A stretch of 64,000 bases of DNA from a virus (IMGVR_UViG_2541047802_000007), one strand, 5' to 3'. Shown: positions 41,712 to 53,500, counted from the stretch's first letter. Notes: generated by a model not told the origin, from the sequence alone. Translations and numbers: made by a program.

Positions 41712-43412
41712 TTATTCAAGGTGATTTGAAAGAGTAATTAATGGCTCAATCGGTTGGAACGCTTTTAAGGATGTTAATATGTTTTTAACTTCCTTTGATA
41801 CGATAGATAACGGGTTGTCTGTTACAGATAAGTAGGTGGTTAAATCTTGACCTGAAACACGGATAACATGTGGTAATATCGCAGTTATAACTGGTGTCCA
41901 AAGGTCGATTAAATCATCCAGAGAGTTATTTTTAGATAATGCTGTATCATATTTATATTTTATTTTCTTCTTGTTCAAAGGTTTATCTGTTAATTCTTCA
42001 AGTATTTCTCCGATGACGGATATTAAAAAGAATCGAGACTTTAAATTTTGGAGGAATAATAAGTTATCCTCATCTACTTTAATTTTATTCTCTTTTGCAC
42101 GGATTTGAGATTTTACTTTTTCTATAGCTTTTGAAATAGTGTAAGCACATAAAATATGCTGGGCTTTCGAATCATGAAAGGCATTGTCATAGGCTGATTT
42201 TGTATCGAAAACGTAGTTTTTACCTCTATTGGCGCTAACATAATCCCCATGTAACGCTATCAGCGGTTGAGCAACAGACTCAATGCCAAATAAAGAACCA
42301 GTATTTTCGAAGCCGCGTTTCAGTGAATATGTATAACCAAGAGTGGAAAATTCTTCTGCCACCTGTTTTTGTTCTGTGCTGTTAGAGTAGTGATCCCAGG
42401 TTGTAATATGATTCTGAGTATTATTATACTGGACTATTTTTTTTACTTTGTCCGCATCATTACATTCAATAACCTTACAAAGGACTTTTAGGCCATCTAA
42501 TTTTTGTATATCTTGAACTGAACCAATAGAACCAGTGGTTTGAGCTCCATTTATGATTGAAACTCCTTCCAACAACCCTTTTTCTTTGTTGAATTTTGTT
42601 GTTAGGATTGATACACCATTGTTAAAGACAAAGAAGTCTTTTGGGGATGTTTCTGCGGTATTCTTAATTGATGAGTTTATTTTTCTTCTCTTATTTAATC
42701 CCATGAACCCCCTATAATTAGCAGAAAATAATTCTGCTCCATAATTTTTGTATAAATAATTTAGCCAAGTGCCGTTTGCAAAGCCAACATGTGAAGTCCA
42801 GCCATCACCTTGTACAGAATTTATAAGTTCGCCATTGAACTTTATATTGTCAGTCACAACAATTTGTTGTGATAGCGCAATATACAATTTTTCAAGACTA
42901 TTAACACCAAGTTCTCTGTAAGTTACCTCAATTTCTTTGTCTGCAAATCTACCTGCTAGATAGTCACGACAAGTTTCAAGCTCAGTTTTAACCTGCTCAG
43001 ATTCGGCACAATTATGGATATATAATAATTCAACAGCTTCAATTTCGTTATCATCAATTAATTTTCTAACCTCAGAAATTTTTGCTCTTAATTTTGCATT
43101 TGGAGACTCTCCTGAGCCTGCCATAATCCACGCTAAAGCAGTGTTTAAGTCAGAAGCTTTATTTGCAGGCGCAACTATTTTAAGTGCTTGCTGATTGCAG
43201 TAGTAACCCTGAGCAATAAATAACGTTGAATTAATTACGGTAATGAAGTCTATTTTCTTATCGTTTCCACCATCAGTAAGTCCATCAGATGCTAGCTTAT
43301 CAAAATCGGATTCATCTAAGTAAAGACCTAATGACCATAAAAGATGTGCGTTACTAGTCCCGTACTTTTCTAACAGGGAAGTTTTATTTTGCAGTTGTCT
43401 TAAGTGTTCCAT
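41712..43412 (-). CDS. AT-rich cargo protein, 566 aa, possibly Abi/AIPR-like
   Basis: Opposite-strand ORF in low-GC island between S and V; contains NGAQT; family not verified. Confidence 0.55.
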   Translation of the reverse strand: MEHLRQLQNKTSLLEKYGTSNAHLLWSLGLYLDESDFDKLASDGLTDGGNDKKIDFITVINSTLFIAQGYYCNQQALKIVAPANKASDLNTALAWIMAGSGESPNAKLRAKISEVRKLIDDNEIEAVELLYIHNCAESEQVKTELETCRDYLAGRFADKEIEVTYRELGVNSLEKLYIALSQQIVVTDNIKFNGELINSVQGDGWTSHVGFANGTWLNYLYKNYGAELFSANYRGFMGLNKRRKINSSIKNTAETSPKDFFVFNNGVSILTTKFNKEKGLLEGVSIINGAQTTGSIGSVQDIQKLDGLKVLCKVIECNDADKVKKIVQYNNTQNHITTWDHYSNSTEQKQVAEEFSTLGYTYSLKRGFENTGSLFGIESVAQPLIALHGDYVSANRGKNYVFDTKSAYDNAFHDSKAQHILCAYTISKAIEKVKSQIRAKENKIKVDEDNLLFLQNLKSRFFLISVIGEILEELTDKPLNKKKIKYKYDTALSKNNSLDDLIDLWTPVITAILPHVIRVSGQDLTTYLSVTDNPLSIVSKEVKNILTSLKAFQPIEPLITLSNHLE

Positions 43413-43550
43413 TTACCAAGCTTCTTTTTTGTTAATGAGATAACTCTCAATAATTTATAGATAGTAGTCGTTTTTTGCCAGTTGTTTGTGACAGCCGTGA
43501 TACAACTATCAAAGCTACTTCTCAATTTTGAGATATAGCAGTCTATTTTC

Positions 43551-44129
43551 ATGAACACACAACTAACCGAAATCATGCGCCTTATCACCAACCTGATCCG
43601 CACTGGGGTAGTCACCGAAGTGGACCGGGAAAACTGGCTTTGTCGGGTGAAAACAGGCGACTTAGAAACCAACTGGATCAGCTGGCTGACCCTGCGTGCC
43701 GGGAATGCCCGGACATGGTGGCGACCATCGGAAGGTGAGCAGGTGGTGCTGCTGAGTCTGGGCGGCAATCTGGAGACCGCCTTTGCGCTGCCCGCTGTCT
43801 ATTCGAATCAGTTCGCACCACCGTCGACGTCGGCGGACGCCTGCGTGACAGAACATCCTGACGGTGGCTGGTTTGAATACGAACCCGCCACCGGGCGCTG
43901 GTATGTCAGGGGCATCAAATCCATGGTTATTGAGGCTGCCGACAATATCACCCTGAAAACCAGTGAGTTTGTGCTGGAGGCTGACCGCACGCGTATTAAT
44001 AGTGAAGTAGTGATCAATGGCGGCGTTACCCAGGGCGGCGGTGCGATGAGTTCTAACGGGATCGTGGTTGATGCGCATCAGCATACTGGCGTCCTGAAAG
44101 GCGGCGATACAACCGGAGGCCCGGTATGA
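43551..44129 (+). CDS. V: Baseplate assembly protein V
   Basis: 192 aa. Confidence 0.75.
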   Translation: MNTQLTEIMRLITNLIRTGVVTEVDRENWLCRVKTGDLETNWISWLTLRAGNARTWWRPSEGEQVVLLSLGGNLETAFALPAVYSNQFAPPSTSADACVTEHPDGGWFEYEPATGRWYVRGIKSMVIEAADNITLKTSEFVLEADRTRINSEVVINGGVTQGGGAMSSNGIVVDAHQHTGVLKGGDTTGGPV

Positions 44130-44485
44130 CGCTTTATAGCGGGATGAACAATACCAGCGGTAAAGCCATTACTGATATTGACCATCTGCGCCAGTCGGTG
44201 CGGGACATTCTGCTGACACCGCAGGGTAGCCGCATTGCTCGCCGGGAATATGGTTCCCTGCTGTCGGCACTGATAGATCAGCCACAAAATCCGGCATTAC
44301 GCCTGCAGGTCATGTCGGCAGTGTATGTGGCGCTGAGTCGCTGGGAGCCACGGCTGATGCTGGATTCCATCACCATCAACAGCAATTTTGACGGTTCAAT
44401 GATGGTGGAGCTGACCGGGCGGCGGAATAACGGTGTACCTGTGTCCCTTTCCGTATCAACAGGAGCAGAGAATGGCAGTGATTGA
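44126..44485 (+). CDS. W: Baseplate protein W
   Basis: 119 aa, ATGA overlap with V. Confidence 0.7.
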   Translation: MTLYSGMNNTSGKAITDIDHLRQSVRDILLTPQGSRIARREYGSLLSALIDQPQNPALRLQVMSAVYVALSRWEPRLMLDSITINSNFDGSMMVELTGRRNNGVPVSLSVSTGAENGSD

Positions 44486-45380
44486 CCTTTCGCAGTTGCC
44501 TGCACCGCAGATTGTGGATGTGCCGGACTTTGAGACGCTGCTTGCCGAACGCAAGGCAGAATTTGTGGCGCTTCATCCGAAAGATGAGCAGGAAGCAGTG
44601 ATCCGCACGCTGGAACTGGAATCTGAACCCGTCACCAAATTGTTGCAGGAGAACGCTTATCGTGAGTTGCTTCTGCGCCAGCGCATTAACGAAGCCGCGC
44701 AGGCGGTGATGGCGGCTTATGCCATAGGGAGCGATCTGGACCAGCTCGCTGCCAATTACAACGTGAAACGCCTGACGGTGACGCCTGCTGATAATGACGC
44801 TGTGCCGCCCGTTGCGGCAGTGATGGAAAGTGATGAAGCGTTACGCCTGCGTGTGCCTGCAGCCTTTGAAGGGCTTTCAGTTGCGGGGCCAACTGCAGCT
44901 TATGAATTTCATGCCCGAAGCGCCGACGGTCGGGTGGCGGATGCCAGTGCAACCAGCCCGGCACCTGCAGAGGTGGTGCTGACTGTCCTTAGCCGCGAAG
45001 GCGACGGAACAGCAGAAAAAGACCTGCTGGATGTGGTGGAGAAAGCCCTGAACAGTGAGAACGTCCGCCCGGTGGCTGACCGTCTTACGGTTCGCAGCGC
45101 AGAAATCATCCCGTACCGCGTGGAAGCCACCATTTTTCTCTATCCGGGGCCCGAAGCAGAGCCGGTAATGGCAGCGGCAAAAGCCAGCCTGCAGAAGTAC
45201 ATCGCCAGTCAGACGCGGCTTGGTCGGGATATTCGCCGTAGTGCCATTTTTGCCGCGCTGCATGTTGAGGGGGTTCAACGTGTGGAGCTGGCTTCACCGC
45301 TGGCTGATGTGGTCCTGAACAAAACACAGGCCGCATCATGTACGCAGTGGAGCGTAACCAACGGAGGAACGGATGAATAG
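44472..45380 (+). CDS. J: Baseplate protein J
   Basis: aggagcagag RBS then ATG at 44472. Confidence 0.75.
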   Translation: MAVIDLSQLPAPQIVDVPDFETLLAERKAEFVALHPKDEQEAVIRTLELESEPVTKLLQENAYRELLLRQRINEAAQAVMAAYAIGSDLDQLAANYNVKRLTVTPADNDAVPPVAAVMESDEALRLRVPAAFEGLSVAGPTAAYEFHARSADGRVADASATSPAPAEVVLTVLSREGDGTAEKDLLDVVEKALNSENVRPVADRLTVRSAEIIPYRVEATIFLYPGPEAEPVMAAAKASLQKYIASQTRLGRDIRRSAIFAALHVEGVQRVELASPLADVVLNKTQAASCTQWSVTNGGTDE

Positions 45381-45978
45381 TCTGCTGCCACCGGGTTCAA
45401 CTTCACTGGAGCGCCGACTGGCGCAGACCTGTAGCGGGATTTCTGATCTGCAGGTGCCGCTGCGTGACTTGTGGAATCCGGCAACCTGTCCGGTCAGTTT
45501 CCTACCTTATCTCGCCTGGGCGTTCTCTGTGGATCGCTGGGATGAGGGCTGGACAGAAAGCGTCAAGCGCCAGGTGGTGAAGGATGCTTTTTATATTCAT
45601 CAGCATAAAGGGACCACCAGTGCCGTGCGGCGGGTGGTGGAGCCGTTCGGCTTTCTGATCCGCATTATTGAGTGGTGGCAGACCGGAGAGACACCGGGCA
45701 CGTTTCGTCTGGATATCGGCGTGCAGGACCAGGGCATCACTGAAGATACCTATCTGGAACTTGAGCGACTGATAAGCGATGCCAAACCATGTAGCCGTCA
45801 CATGATCGGCATGTCCATCAACCTGCAGACCAGCGGCCCGCATTGGGTGGGAGCCGCCAGCTATCTTGGCGAAGAAATCACGATCTATCCGTATATCAAC
45901 GAAACAATTATTTCCGGCGGCACCGCGCATGAAGGCGGGGCGGTCCATGTTATTGACACAATGAGAGTGAATCCATGA
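45373..45978 (+). CDS. I: Tail protein I
   Basis: 201 aa. Confidence 0.7.
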   Translation: MNSLLPPGSTSLERRLAQTCSGISDLQVPLRDLWNPATCPVSFLPYLAWAFSVDRWDEGWTESVKRQVVKDAFYIHQHKGTTSAVRRVVEPFGFLIRIIEWWQTGETPGTFRLDIGVQDQGITEDTYLELERLISDAKPCSRHMIGMSINLQTSGPHWVGAASYLGEEITIYPYINETIISGGTAHEGGAVHVIDTMRVNP

Positions 45979-47600
45979 GCACAAAATTTTATACCCTGCT
46001 GACGGATATTGGCGCGGCGAAACTTGCCAGCGCCGCCGCGCTCGGTGTGCCTTTAAAAATTACCCATATGGCGGTCGGCGATGGCGGCGGAACATTGCCA
46101 ACGCCGGACGCCAAGCAGACAGCATTGGTAAATGAGAAACGCCGGGCTGCGCTGAATATGCTCTATATCGACCCGCAGAACAGCAGCCAGATTATTGCTG
46201 AACAGGTGATCCCTGAAAACGAGGGCGGTTGGTGGATACGTGAAGTGGGCCTGTTTGATGAGTCCGGGGCATTGATTGCCGTGGGAAACTGCCCGGAAAG
46301 CTATAAGCCGCAACTGGCTGAAGGCAGCGGACGTACCCAGACCGTGCGCATGGTGCTGATAACCAGCAGCACGGACAATATCACCCTGAAAATCGACCCT
46401 GCCGTCGTGCTGGCAACCCGCAAGTATGTGGATGATAAGGTACTGGAGCTGAAGGTGTACGTGGATGACCTGATGGCAAAACATCTTGCCGCACCGGACC
46501 CGCATTCACAGTATGCACCCAAAGAAAGTCCGACGTTTACCGGGACACCCAAAGCGCCAACGCCAGCAGCAGGGAATAACACCACGCAGATTGCGACCAC
46601 CGCGTTTGTTCAGGCGGCTCTGACGGCTCTTATTAATGGTGCGCCAGCCACCCTGGACACGCTGAAAGAAATAGCCGCAGCCATTAACAATGATCCGAAA
46701 TTCAGTACCACCATTAACAATGCACTGGCACAAAAAGCGCCGCTGTCGAGTCCGGCACTCACCGGAACGCCAACAGCTCCCACGGCGGCGCAGTCGGTCA
46801 ACAATACACAGATTGCCACTACCGCTTTTGTGAAATCGGCAATTGCAGCAATGGTGGGTTCTGCACCTGCGGCACTGGATACGCTGAACGAACTGGCAGC
46901 GGCGCTGGGGAATGATCCGAACTTTGCCACGACAATAACTAACTCCCTTGCGGGGAAGCAGCCAAAGGATGCTACTTTAACGGCGTTGGCAGGGCTTTCT
47001 ACATCAAAAGATAAACTCCCTTATTTTACAGGGGAAGATCGAGCTGCCTTAACTGCACTGACAAGTGTTGGGCGTACCATTCTTAGCAGGCCCAGCGCAC
47101 AGGGCGTTCTTGATTATCTTGGTTTAGGGGATGGCTCTGCATTACCTGTTGGTGTCCCTGTTCCGTGGCCTTCTGCCACTCCACCGACAGGCTGGCTGAA
47201 ATGCAACGGAGCGGCTTTTTCGGCTGAAGAATATCCCAAACTGGCAAAGGTTTATCCGACAAATAAATTGCCTGATTTACGTGGTGAGTTTATTCGTGGC
47301 TGGGATGATGGGCGTGGTATTGATGCTGGGCGTGCTTTATTGAGCCTTCAGGCTGGAATGCTGGAAAAACACCGCCATATGGTTGTAGCCAACGATGGGT
47401 ATGATTCAAAAGAGGAATGGGAACTGGCGGCAATCTTCAGAAAAGCATATACGCAAGGCCGGGGGCTTGATGCTGCCGATGCCGGAGGGACTCTGATTCC
47501 ATCACCAACGCTACATACACGAGGGAGTATTGGTAACACAGGTGGGAGCGAAACCCGTCCACGAAATATTGCATTTAACTATATCGTGAGAGCTGCGTAA
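45975..47600 (+). CDS. H: Tail fibre protein H
   Basis: 541 aa; repeated ATTAFV...AAL motifs. Confidence 0.85.
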   Translation: MSTKFYTLLTDIGAAKLASAAALGVPLKITHMAVGDGGGTLPTPDAKQTALVNEKRRAALNMLYIDPQNSSQIIAEQVIPENEGGWWIREVGLFDESGALIAVGNCPESYKPQLAEGSGRTQTVRMVLITSSTDNITLKIDPAVVLATRKYVDDKVLELKVYVDDLMAKHLAAPDPHSQYAPKESPTFTGTPKAPTPAAGNNTTQIATTAFVQAALTALINGAPATLDTLKEIAAAINNDPKFSTTINNALAQKAPLSSPALTGTPTAPTAAQSVNNTQIATTAFVKSAIAAMVGSAPAALDTLNELAAALGNDPNFATTITNSLAGKQPKDATLTALAGLSTSKDKLPYFTGEDRAALTALTSVGRTILSRPSAQGVLDYLGLGDGSALPVGVPVPWPSATPPTGWLKCNGAAFSAEEYPKLAKVYPTNKLPDLRGEFIRGWDDGRGIDAGRALLSLQAGMLEKHRHMVVANDGYDSKEEWELAAIFRKAYTQGRGLDAADAGGTLIPSPTLHTRGSIGNTGGSETRPRNIAFNYIVRAA

Positions 47601-48202
47601 TGGATAAAGCCGTATTAAATAGCGAACTTATTGCCACGAAGGCGGGGAATATTACCGTCTATAACTATGATGGTGAAACACGGGAATATATTTCTGAATC
47701 AACTGAATATCTTGCTGTTGGCGTCGGTATTCCCGCACATTCGTGTTTAGATGCTCCTGGTTCATATAAGTCAGGTTATGTGTCCTGTCGAACTCTGGAT
47801 TTGAGATCATGGGAATATGTGCCAGACCATCGCGGTGAAATCGTCTATAACACCGAAACGGGGGACTCAAAAGAAATCACAGTGCCGGGAGATTACCCTG
47901 AAAAGACAACCACTATTGCTCCGTTAACACCATACGATAAGTGGGATGGTGAGAAATGGGTGACGGATACCAAAGCGCAACATAACGCAGCAGTGGAAGG
48001 GGCTGAACTGCAACGCCAGTCACTGATTGATGATGCCATGTCTTCCATTGTTCTGATTCAACTAAAATTGCAGGCGGGAAGAAAATTAACTGCGGAAGAA
48101 ACAGTAAAGCTCGATTCCGTTCTTGACTATATCGACGTGGTAGCAGCAATAGATATCAGCACAGCCCCTGATATTAACTGGCCCAAACTACCAGAAATTT
48201 AA
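47600..48202 (+). CDS. G: Tail fibre assembly protein G
   Basis: 200 aa; TAATG overlap with H. Confidence 0.8.
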   Translation: MDKAVLNSELIATKAGNITVYNYDGETREYISESTEYLAVGVGIPAHSCLDAPGSYKSGYVSCRTLDLRSWEYVPDHRGEIVYNTETGDSKEITVPGDYPEKTTTIAPLTPYDKWDGEKWVTDTKAQHNAAVEGAELQRQSLIDDAMSSIVLIQLKLQAGRKLTAEETVKLDSVLDYIDVVAAIDISTAPDINWPKLPEI

Positions 48203-48336
48203 ATTCCTGCCCCGCGCCTGCGGGGATTTTTTCGCCCCGTCGTTGTGCCATTTTCCATACAAAACCCATCGCGTGCACCCTGCGTGTATCAACCAGAACA
48301 TAGGCAGACCCCCTCTACAACCGGAGAGACTGCCTT

Positions 48337-49509
48337 ATGGCTCAGGATTACCACCACGGGGTGCGCGTTGTTGAAGTCAACGAAGGCACCCGATCCATTA
48401 CCACGGTGAGCACCGCCATCGTGGGCATGGTCTGCACGGGCGATGATGCCGATGCAAAAATGTTTCCTCTTAATAAACCCGTACTGATCACTGATGTGCT
48501 GACTGCCAGCGGTAAAGCGGGTGAGTCCGGCACGCTGGCCCGTTCGCTGGATGCCATCGCTGACCAGGCAAAACCCGTGACCGTTGTTGTGCGTGTGCCG
48601 CAGGGTGAAACGGAAGACGAAACCACGACCAATATCATCGGCGCAGTGACTGCTGAAGGTAAAAAAACAGGTATGAAAGCCCTGTTATCTGCCCAGTCAC
48701 AGCTCGGCGTTAAACCGCGCATTCTGGGTGTACCTGGTCACGACACCAAGGCGGTAGCTACTGAGTTGCTGAGCGTGGCGCAAAGCCTGCGTGGGTTTGC
48801 TTACCTGTCAGCGTATGGCTGCAAGACGATACAGGAGGCGATCACTTACCGTGAAAACTTCAGCCAGCGCGAAGGGATGCTGATCTGGCCTGACTTTACT
48901 GGCTGGGACACGGTGCTGAATGCCGAAGCAACGGCATATGCCACCGCCCGTGCGCTTGGTCTGCGCGCCAAAATTGACGAGCAGACCGGATGGCACAAAA
49001 GCCTGTCCAACGTGGGCGTGAACGGTGTCACCGGAATTTCTGCAGATGTGTTCTGGGATCTGCAGGACCCGGCAACCGATGCAGGTCTGCTGAACCAGAA
49101 CGACGTCACCACGCTTGTGCGTAAAGACGGTTTCCGCTTCTGGGGTTCCCGCTGCCTGAGTGATGACCCGCTCTTTGCCTTCGAAAACTACACCCGCACG
49201 GCGCAGGTGCTGATGGACACGATGGCAGAAGCACACATGTGGGCGGTGGATAAACCGCTTAACCCGTCGCTGGCCCGCGACATTATCGAAGGTATCCGCG
49301 CCAAAATGCGCAGCCTGGTCAGTCAGGGCTATCTCATTGGTGGTGATTGCTGGCTGGATGAGTCGGTGAACGACAAAGACACGCTGAAAGCCGGAAAACT
49401 CACCATCGACTACGACTACACGCCAGTGCCGCCACTTGAAAACCTGATGCTGCGTCAGCGCATCACCGATCAGTACCTGGTGAATTTCGCCAGCCAGGTC
49501 AGCGCGTAA
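48337..49509 (+). CDS. FI: Tail sheath protein FI
   Basis: 390 aa. Confidence 0.85.
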   Translation: MAQDYHHGVRVVEVNEGTRSITTVSTAIVGMVCTGDDADAKMFPLNKPVLITDVLTASGKAGESGTLARSLDAIADQAKPVTVVVRVPQGETEDETTTNIIGAVTAEGKKTGMKALLSAQSQLGVKPRILGVPGHDTKAVATELLSVAQSLRGFAYLSAYGCKTIQEAITYRENFSQREGMLIWPDFTGWDTVLNAEATAYATARALGLRAKIDEQTGWHKSLSNVGVNGVTGISADVFWDLQDPATDAGLLNQNDVTTLVRKDGFRFWGSRCLSDDPLFAFENYTRTAQVLMDTMAEAHMWAVDKPLNPSLARDIIEGIRAKMRSLVSQGYLIGGDCWLDESVNDKDTLKAGKLTIDYDYTPVPPLENLMLRQRITDQYLVNFASQVSA

Positions 49510-49518
49510 GGGGACAAC

Positions 49519-50034
49519 ATGGCTTTACCACGCAAATTAAAACACCTGAACCTGTTTAACGACGGGAACAACTGGCAGGGGATCGTTGAGTCGCTGACGC
49601 TGCCGAAATTTACCCGCAAATATGAGAAGTATCGCGGCGGCGGAATGCCGGGTGCGGTGGATGTGGATCTGGGGCTTGATGACAGTGCGCTGGACACAGA
49701 ATTTTCCATTGGTGGTACTGAATTGCTGCTGTTTAAACAGATGGGTAAAGCCACGGTGGATGGCATCCAGCTGCGCTTTACCGGCTCTATTCAGCGTGAC
49801 GATACCGGGGAAGTGCAGGCCGTGGAGCTTGTCGTGCGTGGACGTCACAAAGAAGTGGATTCCGGCGAGTGGAAGACGGGCGAAAGCAACACCACCAAAG
49901 TGACCAGTACCAACAGCTACGCGAAGCTGACCATCAATGGTGAGGTGCTCTATGAAGTGGACCTTATCAACATGGTGGAAATTGTGGACGGTGTGGACCT
50001 GATGGAAGCGCACCGCAACGCCCTCGGCCTCTGA
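49519..50034 (+). CDS. FII: Tail tube protein FII
   Basis: 171 aa. Confidence 0.8.
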   Translation: MALPRKLKHLNLFNDGNNWQGIVESLTLPKFTRKYEKYRGGGMPGAVDVDLGLDDSALDTEFSIGGTELLLFKQMGKATVDGIQLRFTGSIQRDDTGEVQAVELVVRGRHKEVDSGEWKTGESNTTKVTSTNSYAKLTINGEVLYEVDLINMVEIVDGVDLMEAHRNALGL

Positions 50035-50088
50035 TATATCTGAACGGCGCGGGATACCGCGCCAGAACCCAATTGACAGGACAGCAAA

Positions 50089-50391
50089 ATGAGCGATAAG
50101 CAGACTGAAAAGACCATTCAACTGGATACCCCCATCAAGCGCGGTAAAACAGAAATCACCGAAATTGTGCTGCGTAAACCGCAGTCCGGTGCGCTGCGCG
50201 GTACACGCCTGCAGGCCATTATGGATATGGATGTAAACGCGATGATGACCGTGATCTCCCGCATCTCCAGTCCGGCACTGACTGCACAGGAAATTGCAGA
50301 GATGGACCCGGCAGATCTCACTGCCATGTCGGTTGAGGTTGTCACTTTTTTATTGAAGAAGTCGGTGCTTGCCGGTTTACCGACAGCCTGA
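50089..50391 (+). CDS. E: Tail assembly chaperone gpE
   Basis: 100 aa ending just after slippery site. Confidence 0.7.
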   Translation: MSDKQTEKTIQLDTPIKRGKTEITEIVLRKPQSGALRGTRLQAIMDMDVNAMMTVISRISSPALTAQEIAEMDPADLTAMSVEVVTFLLKKSVLAGLPTA

Positions 50392-50525
50392 CGGTTGACG
50401 ATCTGGTGGCAGATATCGCCACCATTTTTCACTGGCCGCCATCCGTTACTGACGTTATGCCGCTGACCGAAGTGCTGGAATGGCGGTATAAAGCGATTCA
50501 GAGAAGCGGGGCCAACGATGAGTGA
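50089..50525 (+). CDS. gpE+E' product of programmed -1 frameshift
   Basis: Slippery T_TTT_TTA at 50346..50352; -1 frame open to stop at 50523..50525, overlapping T start. Confidence 0.6.
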
Positions 50526-53500
50526 TAACAACCTGCGTCTGCAGGTCATTCTTAATGCGGTTGACAAGCTCACCCGCCCATTTCGATCTGCGCAGGCCAG
50601 TTCAAGAGAACTGGCTGCTGCTGTCAAAAAATCCCGCGATGCAATAAAGCAGCTTGATCAGGCCGGGAGCAGTCTGGACAGCTTCCGAAAGCTGCAGGCA
50701 GAAAATCAGAAATTAGGCGACAGGCTGAACTATGCCCGCCAGCGTGCAAATTTGCTCAGTCAGGAACTGGGAGCGATGGGGCCGCCTTCGCAACGTCAGG
50801 TTGTTGCTCTGGGCCGTCAACGGCTGGCTGTTCAGCGCCTGGAAGAACGCCAGAAAAAGCTGCAGCGGCAGACGGCGCTTGTGCGTGCTGAACTGTACCG
50901 GGCGGGAATTTCTGCGAAAGACGATGCGGGAGCAACTGCCCGTTTAGCCCGTGAAACATCACGTTATAACCAGGAACTTTCGAAACAGGAGGCGCGGCTG
51001 AAGCGACTGGGGGAAGCTCAGCGCAGGATGAATGCAGCGCGTGCCAGTTATGCCCGTTCGCTGGAGGTGCGTGATCGTATTGCAGGTGCCGGAGCCACCA
51101 CCACGGCTGCAGGGCTGGCAATGGGTGCGCCAGTGATGGCGGCAGTAAAAAGCTATACCAGCATGGAAGATGCCATGAAAGGTGTGGCAAAGCAGGTCAG
51201 TGGTTTGCGTGACGATAATGGCAACCGCACTGCACGTTTTTATGAAATGCAGGATGCCATCAAGGCTGCCAGCGAACAGTTGCCGATGGAAAACGGTGCG
51301 GTGGACTTCGCTGCACTGGTTGAAGGTGGTGCGCGCATGAACGTCGCAAACCCTGACGACAGCTGGGAAGATCAGAAACGTGACCTGCTGGCCTTCGCCA
51401 GTACGGCAGCAAAGGCGGCAACAGCCTTTGAGCTGCCAGCGGATGAACTGTCAGAAAGTCTGGGGAAAATCGCCCAGCTCTACAAAATCCCCACCCGCAA
51501 TATTGAACAGCTCGGTGATGCGCTGAACTATCTGGATGATAACGCCATGTCGAAAGGGGCAGACATCATTGATGTGATGCAACGTCTGGGCGGTGTGGCT
51601 GACCGTCTGGATTATCGTAAAGCGGCGGCGCTGGGTTCCACCTTCCTGACACTGGGCGCTGCGCCAGAGGTTGCAGCCAGTGCAGCAAACGCGATGGTGC
51701 GTGAATTGTCCATTGCCACCATGCAAAGCAAGAGTTTCTTTGAAGGGATGAATCTGCTGAAACTCAATCCTGAAGTGATTGAAAAGCAGATGACGAAGGA
51801 TGCGATGGGAACCATCCAGCGCGTGCTGGAGAAGGTAAACGCGCTGCCGCAGGACAAGCGCCTGTCTGCCATGACTATGTTGTTTGGTAAAGAGTTTGGC
51901 GATGACGCGGCGAAACTGGCAAACAACCTGCCGGAACTGCAGCGTCAGTTAAAACTGACAGCGGGCAATGATGCGCTTGGCTCCATGCAGAAAGAATCCG
52001 ACATTAACAAGGATTCACTTTCTGCGCAGTGGTTGCTGGTCAAAACCGGAGCGCAGAACACCTTCAGCAGCCTGGGCGAAACGCTGCGCCAGCCGCTGAT
52101 GGATATTCTGTACACGGTGAAAAGCGTCACGGGGGCGTTGCGTCGCTGGGTGGAAGCTAACCCGGAACTGACAGGCACACTGATGAAAGCATCGGCTGTT
52201 GTGGCTGCGGTTACCGTCGGCCTCGGCACCTTAGCGGTGGCGCTGGCTGCAGTGCTGGGGCCGCTGGCAGTGATCCGTCTGGGATTCTCTGTGTTGGGTA
52301 TCAAAACGTTATCTTCCGTTACGGCAGCAGTAACTCGAACCAGCAGCGCGTTGTCCTGGCTGGCTGGCGCACCACTGGCACTGCTGCGACGCGGGCTTGC
52401 TTCATCGGGCAACGCCGCAGGTTTACTTACTGCGCCGTTGTCGTCTTTGCGCCGCACGGCATCACTGACGGGAAATGTCCTGAAAACTGTAGCAGGTGCG
52501 CCGGTTGCACTTTTGCGGTCTGGATTATCCGGTTTACGTGCTGTTGCTGTGATGTTTATGAATCCTCTGGCGGTACTGCGCGGTGGACTGGCCGCCGCAG
52601 GCACGGTGCTGCGAGTACTGGCATCTGGTCCACTGGCGATGCTGCGCGTTGCCCTGTATGCCATATCTGGTCTGTTAGGTGCTCTGCTCAGTCCGATAGG
52701 TCTTGTGGTTACTGCACTGGCGGGCGTGGCGCTGGTTGTCTGGAAATACTGGCAACCTATCACCGCATTTCTCGGTGGCGTGGTGGAAGGATTCAAAGCG
52801 GCGGCAGGTCCCATCAGTGCAGCGTTCGAACCGCTTAAGCCCGTGTTCCAGTGGATTGGCGACAAAGTGCAGGCGCTGTGGGGCTGGTTTACTGATCTAC
52901 TGACGCCCGTTAAGTCGACCTCTGCCGAACTGCAGAGCGCAGCGGCAATGGGGCGGCGATTCGGGGAGGCACTGGCGGAAGGGCTGAATATGGTCATGCA
53001 TCCGCTGGACTCCCTGAAATCCGGCGTTTCCTGGTTGCTGGAGAAGCTCGGCATTGTCAGTAAAGAGGCCGCAAAGGCAAAACTGCCGGAAAGCGTGACG
53101 CGTCAGCAACCTGCGACGGTGAATGCAGACGGTAAAGTGATGATGCCATCGGGTGGTTTTCCATCATGGGGATATGGCTTTGCGGGGATGTATGACAGCG
53201 GCGGGTATATCCCGCGCGGGCAGTTTGGCATCGTCGGTGAAAACGGGCCGGAAATTGTTAACGGCCCGGCAAATGTGACCAGCCGGAGAAATACAGCTGC
53301 ACTGGCTGCCGTTGTTGCCGGAATGATGGGCGTTGCTGCCGCGCCAGCAGAGCTTCCACCGTTGCACCCCTTGGCACTTCCCGCGAAAGGTGGAGAAGCA
53401 ATTGTGAGTCGCGCAGCCACTGTGCCACTCGTTCAACGGATTGAGGCACCGACGCAGATCATCATTCAGACGCAGCCAGGACAAAGTGCGCAGGATATTG

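Noticed and set aside
51945-53054. 369-aa ORF on minus strand
   Set aside because: Antisense to the tape-measure gene; Ala/Pro/Ser/Arg-rich composition typical of a spurious frame in GC-rich DNA.
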